Shown: in pieces, positions 1-9,979 of the stretch
Layout of the letters: each line of letters starts with the position of its first letter
Numbering within the stretch: position 1 is the first letter of the stretch
Origin: Piedraia hortae CBS 480.64
Taxonomy: Eukaryota
Reading direction: 5' to 3'
Assembly: GCA_010093745.1 (NCBI GenBank)
Contig: MU006024.1
Coordinates: forward strand, 51,462-71,461
DNA: 20,000 bases
Notes under the pieces: model-generated
The model's input: only the letters and a program-made list of their open reading frames with translations
Databases searched by the model: none
Told to the model about the DNA's origin: nothing
Position numbers and translations under genes: made by a program

Positions 1-632
1 TCAGGTCAAATCTTGACATCTTTCAAACTGTCACATCTTTTTTTTTTGACACGCCTCAGCTGTCGCAGACAGTAATTCCTATCTCTTATGCCTTGGAAAC
101 ATCTCAGTTTGCTACGGAGCCACATACATTCCACAAACTAGCAATAGTGAAAACGCCAATTCTATCAAAGGACCATCCTGAGCGCAAGCTAAAAGTATTG
201 ATGATCGTCTACCGAGTTTTCTATGAGATCAGAAAAGTACTGCCCCTCCGATCCACCCTTTCAACCCGACAGTCCAAACACCTCAAAATCTACATGACAG
301 ACGACAGTATACCCAAACCCTTCTCAGCGAACTCTCGTAGTATCAACCCGAAGTGATAAAACCAAGTAACCCTTGTCATAACCCACCCACCACCCTCCGA
401 ATCAACACCCTCCCCACTTTCTTCCATAGAGCACCCATCCCTCCTCCCCAGTACGAAAACATTTGTAACCCAAATGACAATGCATCAGGATCCCTGTTCT
501 CGTCGGCAGACCATGGCCTCGTAGCTATGAATCGAGTGACGATGCATCATGATCATAGTCCTCATTAACAGGCCATGGGGCAGTCCGTCATCCGTTGCAA
601 GAGCGCTGCCCTGGCTCAGCGTTTACTGGACG

Positions 633-790
633 TGCCACAGCATGTTGGACAGGCAAAGGTCCGCTCAGCGCTTCCCTCTTCTTCCCAAGCTGCACAAAGC
701 ATGTTCGACAGGCGAAGATCCACTCATCCTTTCCCCCTTTTCCTGAGCCGCCCGAAATATGTTGGACAGGTGAAGGTAGACATACAGGAA
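633..790. repeat. Degenerate ~58-59 bp tandem repeat, about 2.5 copies
   Basis: ATGTT(G/C)GACAGG(C/T)(A/G)AAG(G/A)T starts at 642, 701 and 759. Units 1 and 2 also align over their pyrimidine-rich tails (ccgctcagcgcttccctcttcttcccaagc vs ccactcatcctttcccccttttcctgagc). Confidence 0.8.
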
Positions 791-1252
791 GGCTCTGGCG
801 TACTGCAGCAGAAACCCCACTCCCTTGCGGTAATGATGTTGAGGTGGCGAAGGATAGACTAGGAAATTTCGAGTACCGCTCTGCAGCCATAACTCAGCGG
901 AAAGGGGCAGGGTTGCCAGCTTTCAGAGTATCGATGCAAATTTTTCGGTGGTGAATCCTGTGTAGCATCGTTCGATGGCTTGGGCGAAGTAGTCGTGGGA
1001 CGCCATTCACCTGCTTCGCAAGACAGTCATTGGATGGTCTCCGTGATGCAAGCTACTTGACTGGTCTTCAAAGTTGCATCCTCTGAAAGACTTTGCGTCC
1101 CGGGCACCTGCTTTCCTCGCATATTTGGTATTTCCATATTGATTCGATGACGACGTATGGCTATCGGATTCAACTTGGGTGAGAAACTCCGTAGACCATG
1201 ACTGGGATGGGGATGGGCAGTTAAACGTCCGTGTCCAGAAAGAGGCTTGACC

Positions 1253-1276
1253 TTGTTGTTGTTGTTGTTGTTGTTG
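1253..1276. repeat. (TTG)8 microsatellite
   Basis: Read directly: ttgttgttgttgttgttgttgttg. Confidence 0.95.
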
Positions 1277-1445
1277 ATAAGGGTCAGAGTAGGCTTAAAC
1301 GTCCGGTGCTGAGATTCTACGAACACGTCCATTGACTTATCTAAGGCTTTCCTCCGCCATCCTGGATAGTTCTTCCCGCAGTCCCGGATCGAGTTTTCTG
1401 TCACAAGTCTGAATGCGACAGGCGACTATTTGGGCGTCCCAGAAG

Positions 1446-2021
1446 TCAAACATGTTCCTTTTTGATAGACACTTTCAGAGCCACTGTGAAGTTGTCAATG
1501 GGGCTTGAGTCGTCAATTGGAACAGTAAATCTTGGGAATTGAGAGTTGAACCCACACCCACCATGAGGGTCATCGCTGGGCGTTGGTTCGTCGATTAGGA
1601 CAGTAAATCCGGAAAATGGATTGATACATATCAAGCGACGATTCTGTAATTTCCCGCCGCTCATCTTCAGAACCAGATGTATGGTTTCGCGCATAGACTT
1701 CTTCAACTTATCGCTCCACTTTGGGATGTGAATCCATTCCTCTGCATCCTTATTGAAGTGTTGGACAAGCAGTTGTGGTTCTTGGATCTCCTCGGTTTGC
1801 CATGATAGAGGGCCAACTGTCAAATGGCTTTCCAAGTGGATCGAGCGGGAGCAGGCTGGTTGGGATTTCTCGTTCGAGATGTGGAATCCAATTCTCCTCG
1901 TCCTTGTCCAGTGGTTGGTTGACTCTCTACCCCGATCTGGTTCTTGGATGTCCTCAGTTTGTCGCGATTGGAAGGGACATGTCGAGTGAGGTTCCAAGTG
2001 GATCAGGCGAGTGCATGCTGG
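1446..2021 (-). pseudogene. Possible decayed or lineage-specific ORF built from internal duplications; no recognisable family
   Basis: The minus frame is open for ~190 codons with repeated peptides (PACTRLIHLEPH..QTEDIQEP / PACSRSIHLESH..QTEEIQEP). There is no ATG at its 5' end and a TGA at 2022-2024. Confidence 0.25.
1491..1624. repeat. 78-bp-period degenerate direct repeat (2 copies)
   Basis: CAGTAAATC at 1523 and 1601 with similar flanks. The copies are in frame on the minus strand: FSGFTVLIDEPTPSDD / FPRFTVPIDDSSPIDN. Confidence 0.75.
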
Positions 2022-2025
2022 TCAA
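1720..2025. repeat. Degenerate ~153-162 bp tandem duplication
   Basis: ggttcttggat..ctc.gtttg..ttccaagtggatc..gc.g..gca.gctggt starts at 1777 and 1939. gatgtg(g)aatcca.t..ct..gtcctt/atcctt..agtg(g)ttgg starts at 1725 and 1878. Confidence 0.8.
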
Positions 2026-3773
2026 CCCTGTAGCAAACACTCTCGTAAAAGACGCCAAGTCGATGATTGAGGCGAATTCGACGAGGACAAATCTGATCTG
2101 CCACATTGTGAAGAAACCCGAAGACAAAAGCACCTTCGACTGCTGAGGCAGGATCTAATGAAACCCACTTGGAAACAACCCGAGTTTTCATGGTTGCGAA
2201 GGTGGATTTTGAAGGTTCATTTTGGCAGTTTGAGCTTCAGGAACCCCTGTTGTTGAGAAGTATCATCGCCATACCTCGACCTTATAACAAAGATCATAGA
2301 AAGAAAAATCCTGTATAGCAAAATACTCAAAGAGCATAATAAAGAGGACAGTGGGGTGCGGCAATGGAGTGGTATTTGAAACTGTTTGAACAAAGATGCT
2401 ACGTGTATAAAAGCTCGCTGCTGAACATCAGAAAAGGTAATTTTGTAAAAACTCGATCTTCAGAACGATTACGCTACGCAACAGCAATCTTCCAACTCCT
2501 TGATTAGGCCAAATTTTGTTTTTTTCAACGGCCAAAAGAGAATGAATGGCATGTGTGGTGGTCCAGAGGCTGCATTGGATTGGCATTGCAGACCTTCAAG
2601 TTTGTTGTCGACATGCTTTGTCAAAAGTTTGAGGATACAATCTTTTTCTGTTGCTTTGAAGCGATAAGATTTGTATTTTGTATGAAGCGGCTAAGATGTA
2701 CAGCGTCTTTCAAGGTAGAAGGCATTCTGTCCACGGTTAACTGAAGGTTCGTAGGCAGCAGTGAAGTCGTCATCCACCACTCAGGTCCCCTTGTTTGTAA
2801 AATAGCCTTTGACCCAAATCAAGTGTCCATCCCGTGGGATCAAAAGGCATCCGCAACTGGCCGAAGAAAGCAACGGCAGGTGCACGAGAACTGCGGGAGG
2901 GCAATGTCGTTCTGGAGGCGTTTTCTATTCTTGCTAGAGGCTTTCGACCCATCGAATCTCTGATGAGGTCCGTTGACTCCAAGTCTACAAGTCTTGAAGT
3001 GTAGTGCAAGTAGATGTAGATGGACATGGAATGTGAAAGTAAAGACGGTGCACACAAAGATAAATGTTGTGCACTGCAGAGTGTGAAATTGGCGACTACA
3101 GTATTAATCCAAAAGCCGACGACCCACCAAGGAGGCTTGGTGCTCCACTCAGTAGAGTCATCTTTGCTGGTAGTGTTACCCAATGTACCAGATAATATGT
3201 GGGTCCTCTTTCCCGTTATGGGTTGACATCTCCAACGATTGGACAGTCAGTGGTACATAACCCCACTCATCGACGAATACAGTTTTTGTTATTCCGCTCG
3301 TCAAAGATTCCAGTGCACCTCACGAAAATATCACGACGGAATTGACCCCCGCTCAACCAATGTTCTCCCCATTTAGTGTTGACAGCTGAAAGATGATTGG
3401 ACGGTCCACTTCTCAAAGATGAATCGGTCAGTTGGCGCTGCGCATCGCTGAACCCCCCAAATCTTCCACACACACACAGCGGAACTCCCCCGCCACTCAA
3501 CCCATATTATCTCCACCTTGTGCTGCCAACTAAAAGACGGTTGAACACTCACCCCCTCAAACATGAACCCACTGGTGGAACGCAACCCCTCAACATCACT
3601 GAACCCCAATTATCTAACTGCGGAATTTCCCGCGCCACACCCCAAACCCCAGAAATTCACACCCAACCCACAGTCATATATAACTTCTACCATATACTTT
3701 TGACATTCATAGCCTCTCGTTACAACCCAATCCCATCAAACCAATCATAAACTCATCCGTCCCCATCCACCTC

Positions 3774-6700
3774 CTACCTCCCCTCCTGCTCTTCATCATC
3801 ACTTTCCACTCCCGGATTCGCAACCCTCAACCCACCCAAAGGCCTCGTATCCCCCAGCGACGCGAAGCCTGTATTTCCATGCAGCAGACCCATTCCATAG
3901 TCCTTATCATCTACCGGCGAGCTGGCGCCGGGGTACTCCCTGCTGAATTCTCGATTGTAGGGGCCGTAGGGCGTGTAGGGAACATACTCCTTTGATGTTT
4001 CGAGGGCGGGGGGGACAGAGGGGGGTGGAGGTGGAGGGTGGATTGGTTGGGAGGGGAGTTCAGCTGGTAGGGGAGGAGCTGTGGGAATATGTGAGGAGGG
4101 ATCAGGGGGTGCCATGCCTGGTGGTAAAGGCCCAGCTACGCCTGGTAGAGGTCCGCCTTCCCCTGGTAAAGACCCTCCCATACCAGGTAGATAGCCTCCC
4201 GCACGCGGAAGAGCTACACCAGATGGCAACGTCCCCGCATCAGCAGGCAACGGACCCGCACCCTCCGGGGCATACCCATCTTCATGCCCATACGTCCCGG
4301 AGGGAACATACGTCGCAGAAATCTCATACGCGTCTGCATGCTCCGGAACCATCCCGGGGAGGGTCTCATAACTCTGCTCGACCCTTGGTGGGGTATCCAG
4401 CGAATTATAATGATGATGCTCTTCAATCGTAGTCTCCTGAACATCACCCAACCCGCGAAGCGAAGGCGCACCTCTCCGACTTATGCGTGTATTAGATGAT
4501 TGCGTACTCGCCCTCCTCTCGATCCCTTCGATGGCCGGAAGACCAGAAAGCACAGCCTCGCTATCCGGATCCCTGATTGAGAATTGCGCTAGAGTGCGCA
4601 TCTTACGACTAACCCAACTCGCGAGGATTTTGCCTCGTTGTTTCTCACCGAGACGGGAACGGGGAAAGTCTCCTAGCGCTACAAAGGCGACGATGTCAAG
4701 GACGAGTTGGTGGGCGTCTAAAACGGCGTTGACGAGGACAGGGACGAGGGAGGCGAGGTACGCTTTTGTGCGTACTTCTGCGATGAGGACGAGAAGGCTA
4801 CCCGCTTGAAGAACCGCGCAGCCACCTCGGGCGACGCGTGAGTGGGCCGCTTCGACGGTTGTTTCGACATCGATGGCAAAGTGTTGGAGGCCGTTGATTT
4901 CAAAGGTTTCGCCAATGGCGCCAAGGACGAAGAGGACTTGCATGTCGACCATAGCGCCGCCGGGGCCAATGGGGCGGGAGACGGAGTGGAGGAACCCTAG
5001 GTCGCCGGTGCGGACGTAGCGGACCCCAGGATCGCCGTCGACGGTGCGGCCGTTGAAGCGCTCAGAGTCGAAGGCGTCTTGGCTGCCGTAGAAGGCTACT
5101 GCGTTCGCGGCACTTTGGACCCAGATTTCCCCGTATTCGCCGACGAGGCAGAGGCGGTTTGTTTCGGGGTTGACAATGGATATTTGGGTGGATACGGGTA
5201 CCATGCCTGAGTCTTGGACCATGAGGCTGAACGGTTCTTGGTCGGGGTCGACGGGGAGGATTAAGCCTCGTCGTAGGGCAATAGGATCTAGGTAGAGCTC
5301 AATGGGTTCGATGCACATGTAGCTCCGGCTGGCGATCATTGGATTGAGAACATGAGAATAAATGGTGTTGATGGCGGTTTTTTCCAGCCCAATGGGGCCA
5401 AAGGCGTTGCGTACGCGTACAAAGAGATCGCTTCGAGGTCGTGCTTCGGTGGAGAGCATGAGGTTTTTGACTTCGTGAAGGATAACAGGAGGTCTACAAG
5501 CCCCGTTGGCTATGGCGTGTTCGAGCATTTGGGGAGTTGCATAGGTATCTTTGATCTTGTACCGATTCAGCGTCTGGAAGAGGATAGAAGGGTTCTGGGC
5601 AAAGTCGACGGGGCTGACAAGGTATGTAGGGCAGGCCAAGAAGATGCCCATGAGGCAGGTATGGAGGAAGCCAAGGCCCATGGTGCTGCGCACACAGCCG
5701 AGCACTGGCCGAGTGCTGGTCATCTGGCAAGTTTCTTTCTGAACCTTGCAGAGTGCCATGAGGGTGTTATGGCCCAGCTGAATGGCTATTCGCCGTTGAT
5801 CGGGTGTCCAATAAGTCCAAATAACAACCGGATAGCCAGGTTGAATCCAAGCAGGTCGTATGGTAAGGCCCAGGTCTCGACAGCCATGACTCTGCTTTGG
5901 CGGCTTTGCAGTGTTGTAGACTGGGGGGATGGTCAACTTCAAAATCAGGGCAGACTGCTTCAGATGCTGCGAAACAGACTTCCCCTTGAGCAACTGCTCC
6001 ACGTCCGAGTTGACAATGATTGCTTTTATCTTAAAATCAGAAATCATGTGCAACAAGGCCGGGGCGTCCTCGCTAAGACGGTTACTGTCGATGGGGCCCA
6101 TGGGTATGGCAATGGCCCCTAGACACATGCAAGCGTGCACGGCGAAGACGAAGTCTTCCGAGTGCGTGTACATGAGCAGAACATGATCGCCTTGGCCTAT
6201 ACGCACTTTGTTGCGCAGGTACAAGGCCACACCGGCGACTTTGAGATCAAATTTCTTCCAATTCACCCCCTTTCCCTCTCTGCCTCGCCCATCAATAGTG
6301 CAGTAACTGAGCTCTTCAGGCTGGCGGCTAACCCTCCACTGCATCAGGTCATGAATGTTGCTAAACTGGTTCAACGGGGTCGACGTGCGATCGTCAATGA
6401 CAACCTCACGATGATCAACACCCGAATATTGCTTGTCAGCGTGCAATGCAAGCATATCCTGTCTTGCCTGACTGGCCATTTGACTCCATACTCCGCCCGC
6501 AGGATCATCTCCAAGCGGCAGATTCTGCACCGCCCTCTCCACCCCAAACTTGACATGCACACACGGTAAGTTTCCATTATCAAAGTCTTTTCGACACAAC
6601 ATGTTTCCGATCTCCCTCCGTCCATTTTTCACAACGCGAGGCAATGTATTCGGGGCCGTCATCATGACGCAGTAGACTCGCAGATGATGCTCCTGATATA

Positions 6701-9446
6701 GTATCTCCATGACCCTTTCACTGAGTGAGTCTAAGAATGGAATGTCTACCTGTCTGGGCGGGCCCCCAGTGGTCGTAGGTGCCGTACTCGCCGCCTGCGT
6801 TTCAACAACAACGATTGGCAAGTACTCCCCATTGACGTGGGCATCAAAAGCAGAGCAGTCGTACGCCCTGTTGACCCTTTTCAGCACCGTTGCAACGAGA
6901 TGTTGCACAAAGAAATGCCAGTATTCAATCTCATTTGTGCCGTGCTCAACCCACTCAACCCTCTGTCTGATGCGGTCCTCATACAGCCCGAGGACGTAGA
7001 CCTTGCCTTCAATTATACACCCCAAGAGGCCTGTCCTGAGGAATTCCAGATCCATTATCTGGGGTGTCGGGGAACCTTCAACAAACTGATACGGCCGTGC
7101 GTGGAAAATTGACTCTGTGTGCTTTGGCAGCGCCCAGAACCCACCGGAAAGAGAAGGAGAGTCTACCCAGATCTCGCCCACAGTATACGGAGCGCAGAGA
7201 ACTGTAGTTTCTGGATCGACGAGGGCCAAGGTGGCATCGGGAATGGGATATCCAAAAGCGCCTGCGCGAACCGTGCCTGGCTCATTGGCTCTCTTCTTCG
7301 CCTCCTCGCCTGTGGCAAGAACGATAATTTCATTCGTCTTCAGACTCTCCTTATCCAGCAAAACCTCGCTGAGCTCGTTCCGTCCCCGTTTTCGACCCGC
7401 CATTTTCCTCTCGCTGCTCCCTCCATTTAACAGACTCGAGTACCCATTTGTCCCCGGCGGCGGGGTGGCCTCTTCCTCCGAGTCTGGATCCTGATCAGCA
7501 CTGAGCGGACACCCCATTCTCTCTTCCCCGCCAAGCCAATCACGGACGGAGATCACCATGCCACCGTGCTCGGGAAGACAGAGCATGGGAGCAACGAGCT
7601 CTCTCGCACGCGGATTTCGCATGGGCTTGAACCAGCGATCTGCAAGGATTTCATGAAACTCGCAGTCGACAACCAAAGCGTCGATGAGGCAAATCTTTAC
7701 AGAGGAAAAATTGGGCTCCATGTTCTTCTTAAAGTGCCGTGTGGCCATGGGATCCTGCTGATAGTTGTATGTGGCGCGTTTGAGGCCAGAGTAGTCTGCT
7801 GCCATAACGGTGGCGCGGTATTTGGTTATGAGATGGGCGTAGAGTCCAGGCTGTTCGACTGCCTTGTTCTCGAGCCATACTGTCGTGTGGCCACCATACA
7901 CGCCCAGTAAAACGCCGAGAATGAGGCCGCAGCCTTCTCTGGGGTCAAGATATGACAGAATCGTCTCGCCCTTGTCCTGTCTCGGAGCAATATACGACCC
8001 GTCATTGGCTCGTAGATGCGAGGAAAATGTATCTGTGCTGTCGCCTTTGGGGATGGTGGAGAGAATGGCAGCGAGACAGGCCATTTGATGCATGATTGTT
8101 CGGTGAGACAGGACTACGCCTCTCAGATCACCGGTAGGGGCACGGGAAAACTCGATATAAGCCAAATCAGGAACTTGCAAAGGCGTTTGCTCATCCTTCT
8201 TCTTAGGATGGTAAGAGCCAAACTCGTTGGTCTTCCACCATTCGACGCCTGGCGGCCATTTGAGCTTGTGGGCGACAATGTCCCGTTGGAAGACTTTGAG
8301 GTTCGCATCTGTAGTCAAAGCTAAATGGCTCTGGGTCGTGGAGAGAAGCAGATTTAGCTTGTGGTAGTCATCAACGTTGTTGATAGGCACCGCCACAACG
8401 CCCGCAATAAAGCAGCCCAGTAAGGCAATGGCAAAGTCAATCACCTCAGAGTCGCGGTAGACGAGAGCAACTCGATCGCCACGGTAAAGGTTGGATTTAT
8501 CTCGAATTACCTGTGCCACTTTCTCCGCCCGACTGGTCAACTTCTCCCACACAATCGACATGACTTCCTTTCCCTTTGCGTCCAGGATGAGATAGGCAGG
8601 CTGTCGCGCCTGGAGTTTACCCCGATAGCGCAGAACCGAGGCAATATTGTCGAATTTTGACATTGGAACATTTCCATTGTGCGCATCATATACCGCAAAG
8701 GGCACATCTCGCGGCTCCAACGGCATCTGATGCATAGGTGCCATGGGCAAATTAGGAGGTGGCGGAGCAAAGGCGGCAGAGGGCGAAAATGGCTCGTTTT
8801 GGTAGTATTTCTGTGGCCCGCCACCATAAGACTCTCGGGATTGGGCAATCGAGTCCAGCCGTTGTTGGCCGGTGAAATCTGAAAAGTACGCCTGCAGTGA
8901 ATCACCCAACATGCTCATTCGACCATCCCCGGACCAATCCTGCTGATCTGGGTGAAAGGCGTAATCTGCATAGGCCATTCCATTGCTCCGTTGGCTATGT
9001 ACGCTGGATGGCCGCGATTCAAGTGGCGATACTGGGCGTGAATACGGGCCTGTAGCACCCCAGGACGAAAGCCGGTTGCCCGACGGCGGCCTGGACGGAA
9101 GACCCTGCGCCTGCTGCAATGGTGCGTTTGACTCATGTTCAATAGGACTCGGCACGAAGCCTGGAGTGGGCGGCTGGACGTAAAAGTTGGCAGGTCCTTG
9201 ATCTTGTTGGAGGTCAAAGTAGCCTCGCTGTGCAATGGGAACGGCCAATTCCAGACCTGGCTGTTTCAACGGCGACTCTCCAATGCTCTGGGTCTTTAAC
9301 TGGCGCTGCACCTGCTCCAAATCTTCTGCATTGAAGTACTGTGATAGCAGCGCCGTCCGTCTCTTATCGTAGCCCTTTTGCGTGATATCTCCATCTTCCA
9401 GCTCCTGATCCAGCTCACTCAAGCGTTTCTGCAGCCCCGCGTCCAT
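3774..9446 (-). CDS. CPS1: CPS1/DIP2-family protein: N-terminal DMAP1-binding domain, two fatty acyl-AMP ligase-like adenylation domains, Pro/Gly-rich tail (~1890 aa)
   Basis: N-terminal LSELDQELEDGDITQKGYDKRR (DMAP1-binding). AMP-binding motifs DLAYIEFSRAPTGDLRGVVLSH, GEIWVDSPSLSGGFW, FLRTGLLG, then GEYGEIWVQS, YVRTGDLGFL, FPRSRLGEKQRGKIL. Single uninterrupted frame. Best start is ATG 9446 (MDAGLQ); ATG 9521 is an alternative, and the ORF-track start at 9524 is TTG. Confidence 0.95.
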   Translation of the reverse strand: MDAGLQKRLSELDQELEDGDITQKGYDKRRTALLSQYFNAEDLEQVQRQLKTQSIGESPLKQPGLELAVPIAQRGYFDLQQDQGPANFYVQPPTPGFVPSPIEHESNAPLQQAQGLPSRPPSGNRLSSWGATGPYSRPVSPLESRPSSVHSQRSNGMAYADYAFHPDQQDWSGDGRMSMLGDSLQAYFSDFTGQQRLDSIAQSRESYGGGPQKYYQNEPFSPSAAFAPPPPNLPMAPMHQMPLEPRDVPFAVYDAHNGNVPMSKFDNIASVLRYRGKLQARQPAYLILDAKGKEVMSIVWEKLTSRAEKVAQVIRDKSNLYRGDRVALVYRDSEVIDFAIALLGCFIAGVVAVPINNVDDYHKLNLLLSTTQSHLALTTDANLKVFQRDIVAHKLKWPPGVEWWKTNEFGSYHPKKKDEQTPLQVPDLAYIEFSRAPTGDLRGVVLSHRTIMHQMACLAAILSTIPKGDSTDTFSSHLRANDGSYIAPRQDKGETILSYLDPREGCGLILGVLLGVYGGHTTVWLENKAVEQPGLYAHLITKYRATVMAADYSGLKRATYNYQQDPMATRHFKKNMEPNFSSVKICLIDALVVDCEFHEILADRWFKPMRNPRARELVAPMLCLPEHGGMVISVRDWLGGEERMGCPLSADQDPDSEEEATPPPGTNGYSSLLNGGSSERKMAGRKRGRNELSEVLLDKESLKTNEIIVLATGEEAKKRANEPGTVRAGAFGYPIPDATLALVDPETTVLCAPYTVGEIWVDSPSLSGGFWALPKHTESIFHARPYQFVEGSPTPQIMDLEFLRTGLLGCIIEGKVYVLGLYEDRIRQRVEWVEHGTNEIEYWHFFVQHLVATVLKRVNRAYDCSAFDAHVNGEYLPIVVVETQAASTAPTTTGGPPRQVDIPFLDSLSERVMEILYQEHHLRVYCVMMTAPNTLPRVVKNGRREIGNMLCRKDFDNGNLPCVHVKFGVERAVQNLPLGDDPAGGVWSQMASQARQDMLALHADKQYSGVDHREVVIDDRTSTPLNQFSNIHDLMQWRVSRQPEELSYCTIDGRGREGKGVNWKKFDLKVAGVALYLRNKVRIGQGDHVLLMYTHSEDFVFAVHACMCLGAIAIPMGPIDSNRLSEDAPALLHMISDFKIKAIIVNSDVEQLLKGKSVSQHLKQSALILKLTIPPVYNTAKPPKQSHGCRDLGLTIRPAWIQPGYPVVIWTYWTPDQRRIAIQLGHNTLMALCKVQKETCQMTSTRPVLGCVRSTMGLGFLHTCLMGIFLACPTYLVSPVDFAQNPSILFQTLNRYKIKDTYATPQMLEHAIANGACRPPVILHEVKNLMLSTEARPRSDLFVRVRNAFGPIGLEKTAINTIYSHVLNPMIASRSYMCIEPIELYLDPIALRRGLILPVDPDQEPFSLMVQDSGMVPVSTQISIVNPETNRLCLVGEYGEIWVQSAANAVAFYGSQDAFDSERFNGRTVDGDPGVRYVRTGDLGFLHSVSRPIGPGGAMVDMQVLFVLGAIGETFEINGLQHFAIDVETTVEAAHSRVARGGCAVLQAGSLLVLIAEVRTKAYLASLVPVLVNAVLDAHQLVLDIVAFVALGDFPRSRLGEKQRGKILASWVSRKMRTLAQFSIRDPDSEAVLSGLPAIEGIERRASTQSSNTRISRRGAPSLRGLGDVQETTIEEHHHYNSLDTPPRVEQSYETLPGMVPEHADAYEISATYVPSGTYGHEDGYAPEGAGPLPADAGTLPSGVALPRAGGYLPGMGGSLPGEGGPLPGVAGPLPPGMAPPDPSSHIPTAPPLPAELPSQPIHPPPPPPSVPPALETSKEYVPYTPYGPYNREFSREYPGASSPVDDKDYGMGLLHGNTGFASLGDTRPLGGLRVANPGVESDDEEQEGR
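4110..4270 (-). repeat. Coding ~21-bp (7-aa) tandem repeat in the CPS1 C-terminal tail
   Basis: EGAGPLP-ADAGTLP-SGVALP-RAGGYLP-GMGGSLP-GEGGPLP-GVAGPLP. On the + strand cc(t/a)ggta recurs at 21-nt spacing. Confidence 0.8.
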
Positions 9447-9979
9447 TTTAGTTCCATGCGCGCCTAGGGCGGATTCGCATTCATTCGGGTCTTTTGACGA
9501 GATCCTTAATGCCTGAGGCATCAACCAAATTTAGCCGTGGGGCAATCTGGGGTGCGTCAGTAGCGTCAAGAGAGCAGATGTCACTGACGGACCAACATCT
9601 CAACGAACATTGTTATCAGACTATTGAAGCCGCTACGAGGTTGTTCACAGCCAGCACATCAATCGTGGCAATTTCGTTCGAAACTACGTCAAAAGTCTTT
9701 CATCTGGCAGTCTTGCAACCAAACATGTCATCTTCATCAATTTCATTTCCCTCTACGCAGCTTAAACGCTGACCATCCACCACGATGATCGCCAACCATT
9801 GACTGGTCGTACCTATAACCACTTCGAGGAACCATATATCATGCCTATCGTACTTCCAGACCTGATCCGCGAAGCGCACGCAGTCACAGAGTCCCGCAGA
9901 TCACGGAAGCTTCTGATTGGCCAGCAGTAAAATCGCGCGCGATTTCGGAGAACCCGATGAAGGGGGAATGTTAAACAAT

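Noticed and set aside
2770..3183. 137-aa ORF starting MGNTTSK (myristoylation-like)
   Set aside because: The start codon is actually TTG and no homology is recognisable in any frame.
3992..9235. Many antisense or alternative-frame ORFs within CPS1 (e.g. 5352-6122, 256 aa)
   Set aside because: Explained by the codon bias of the real gene; no recognisable domains.
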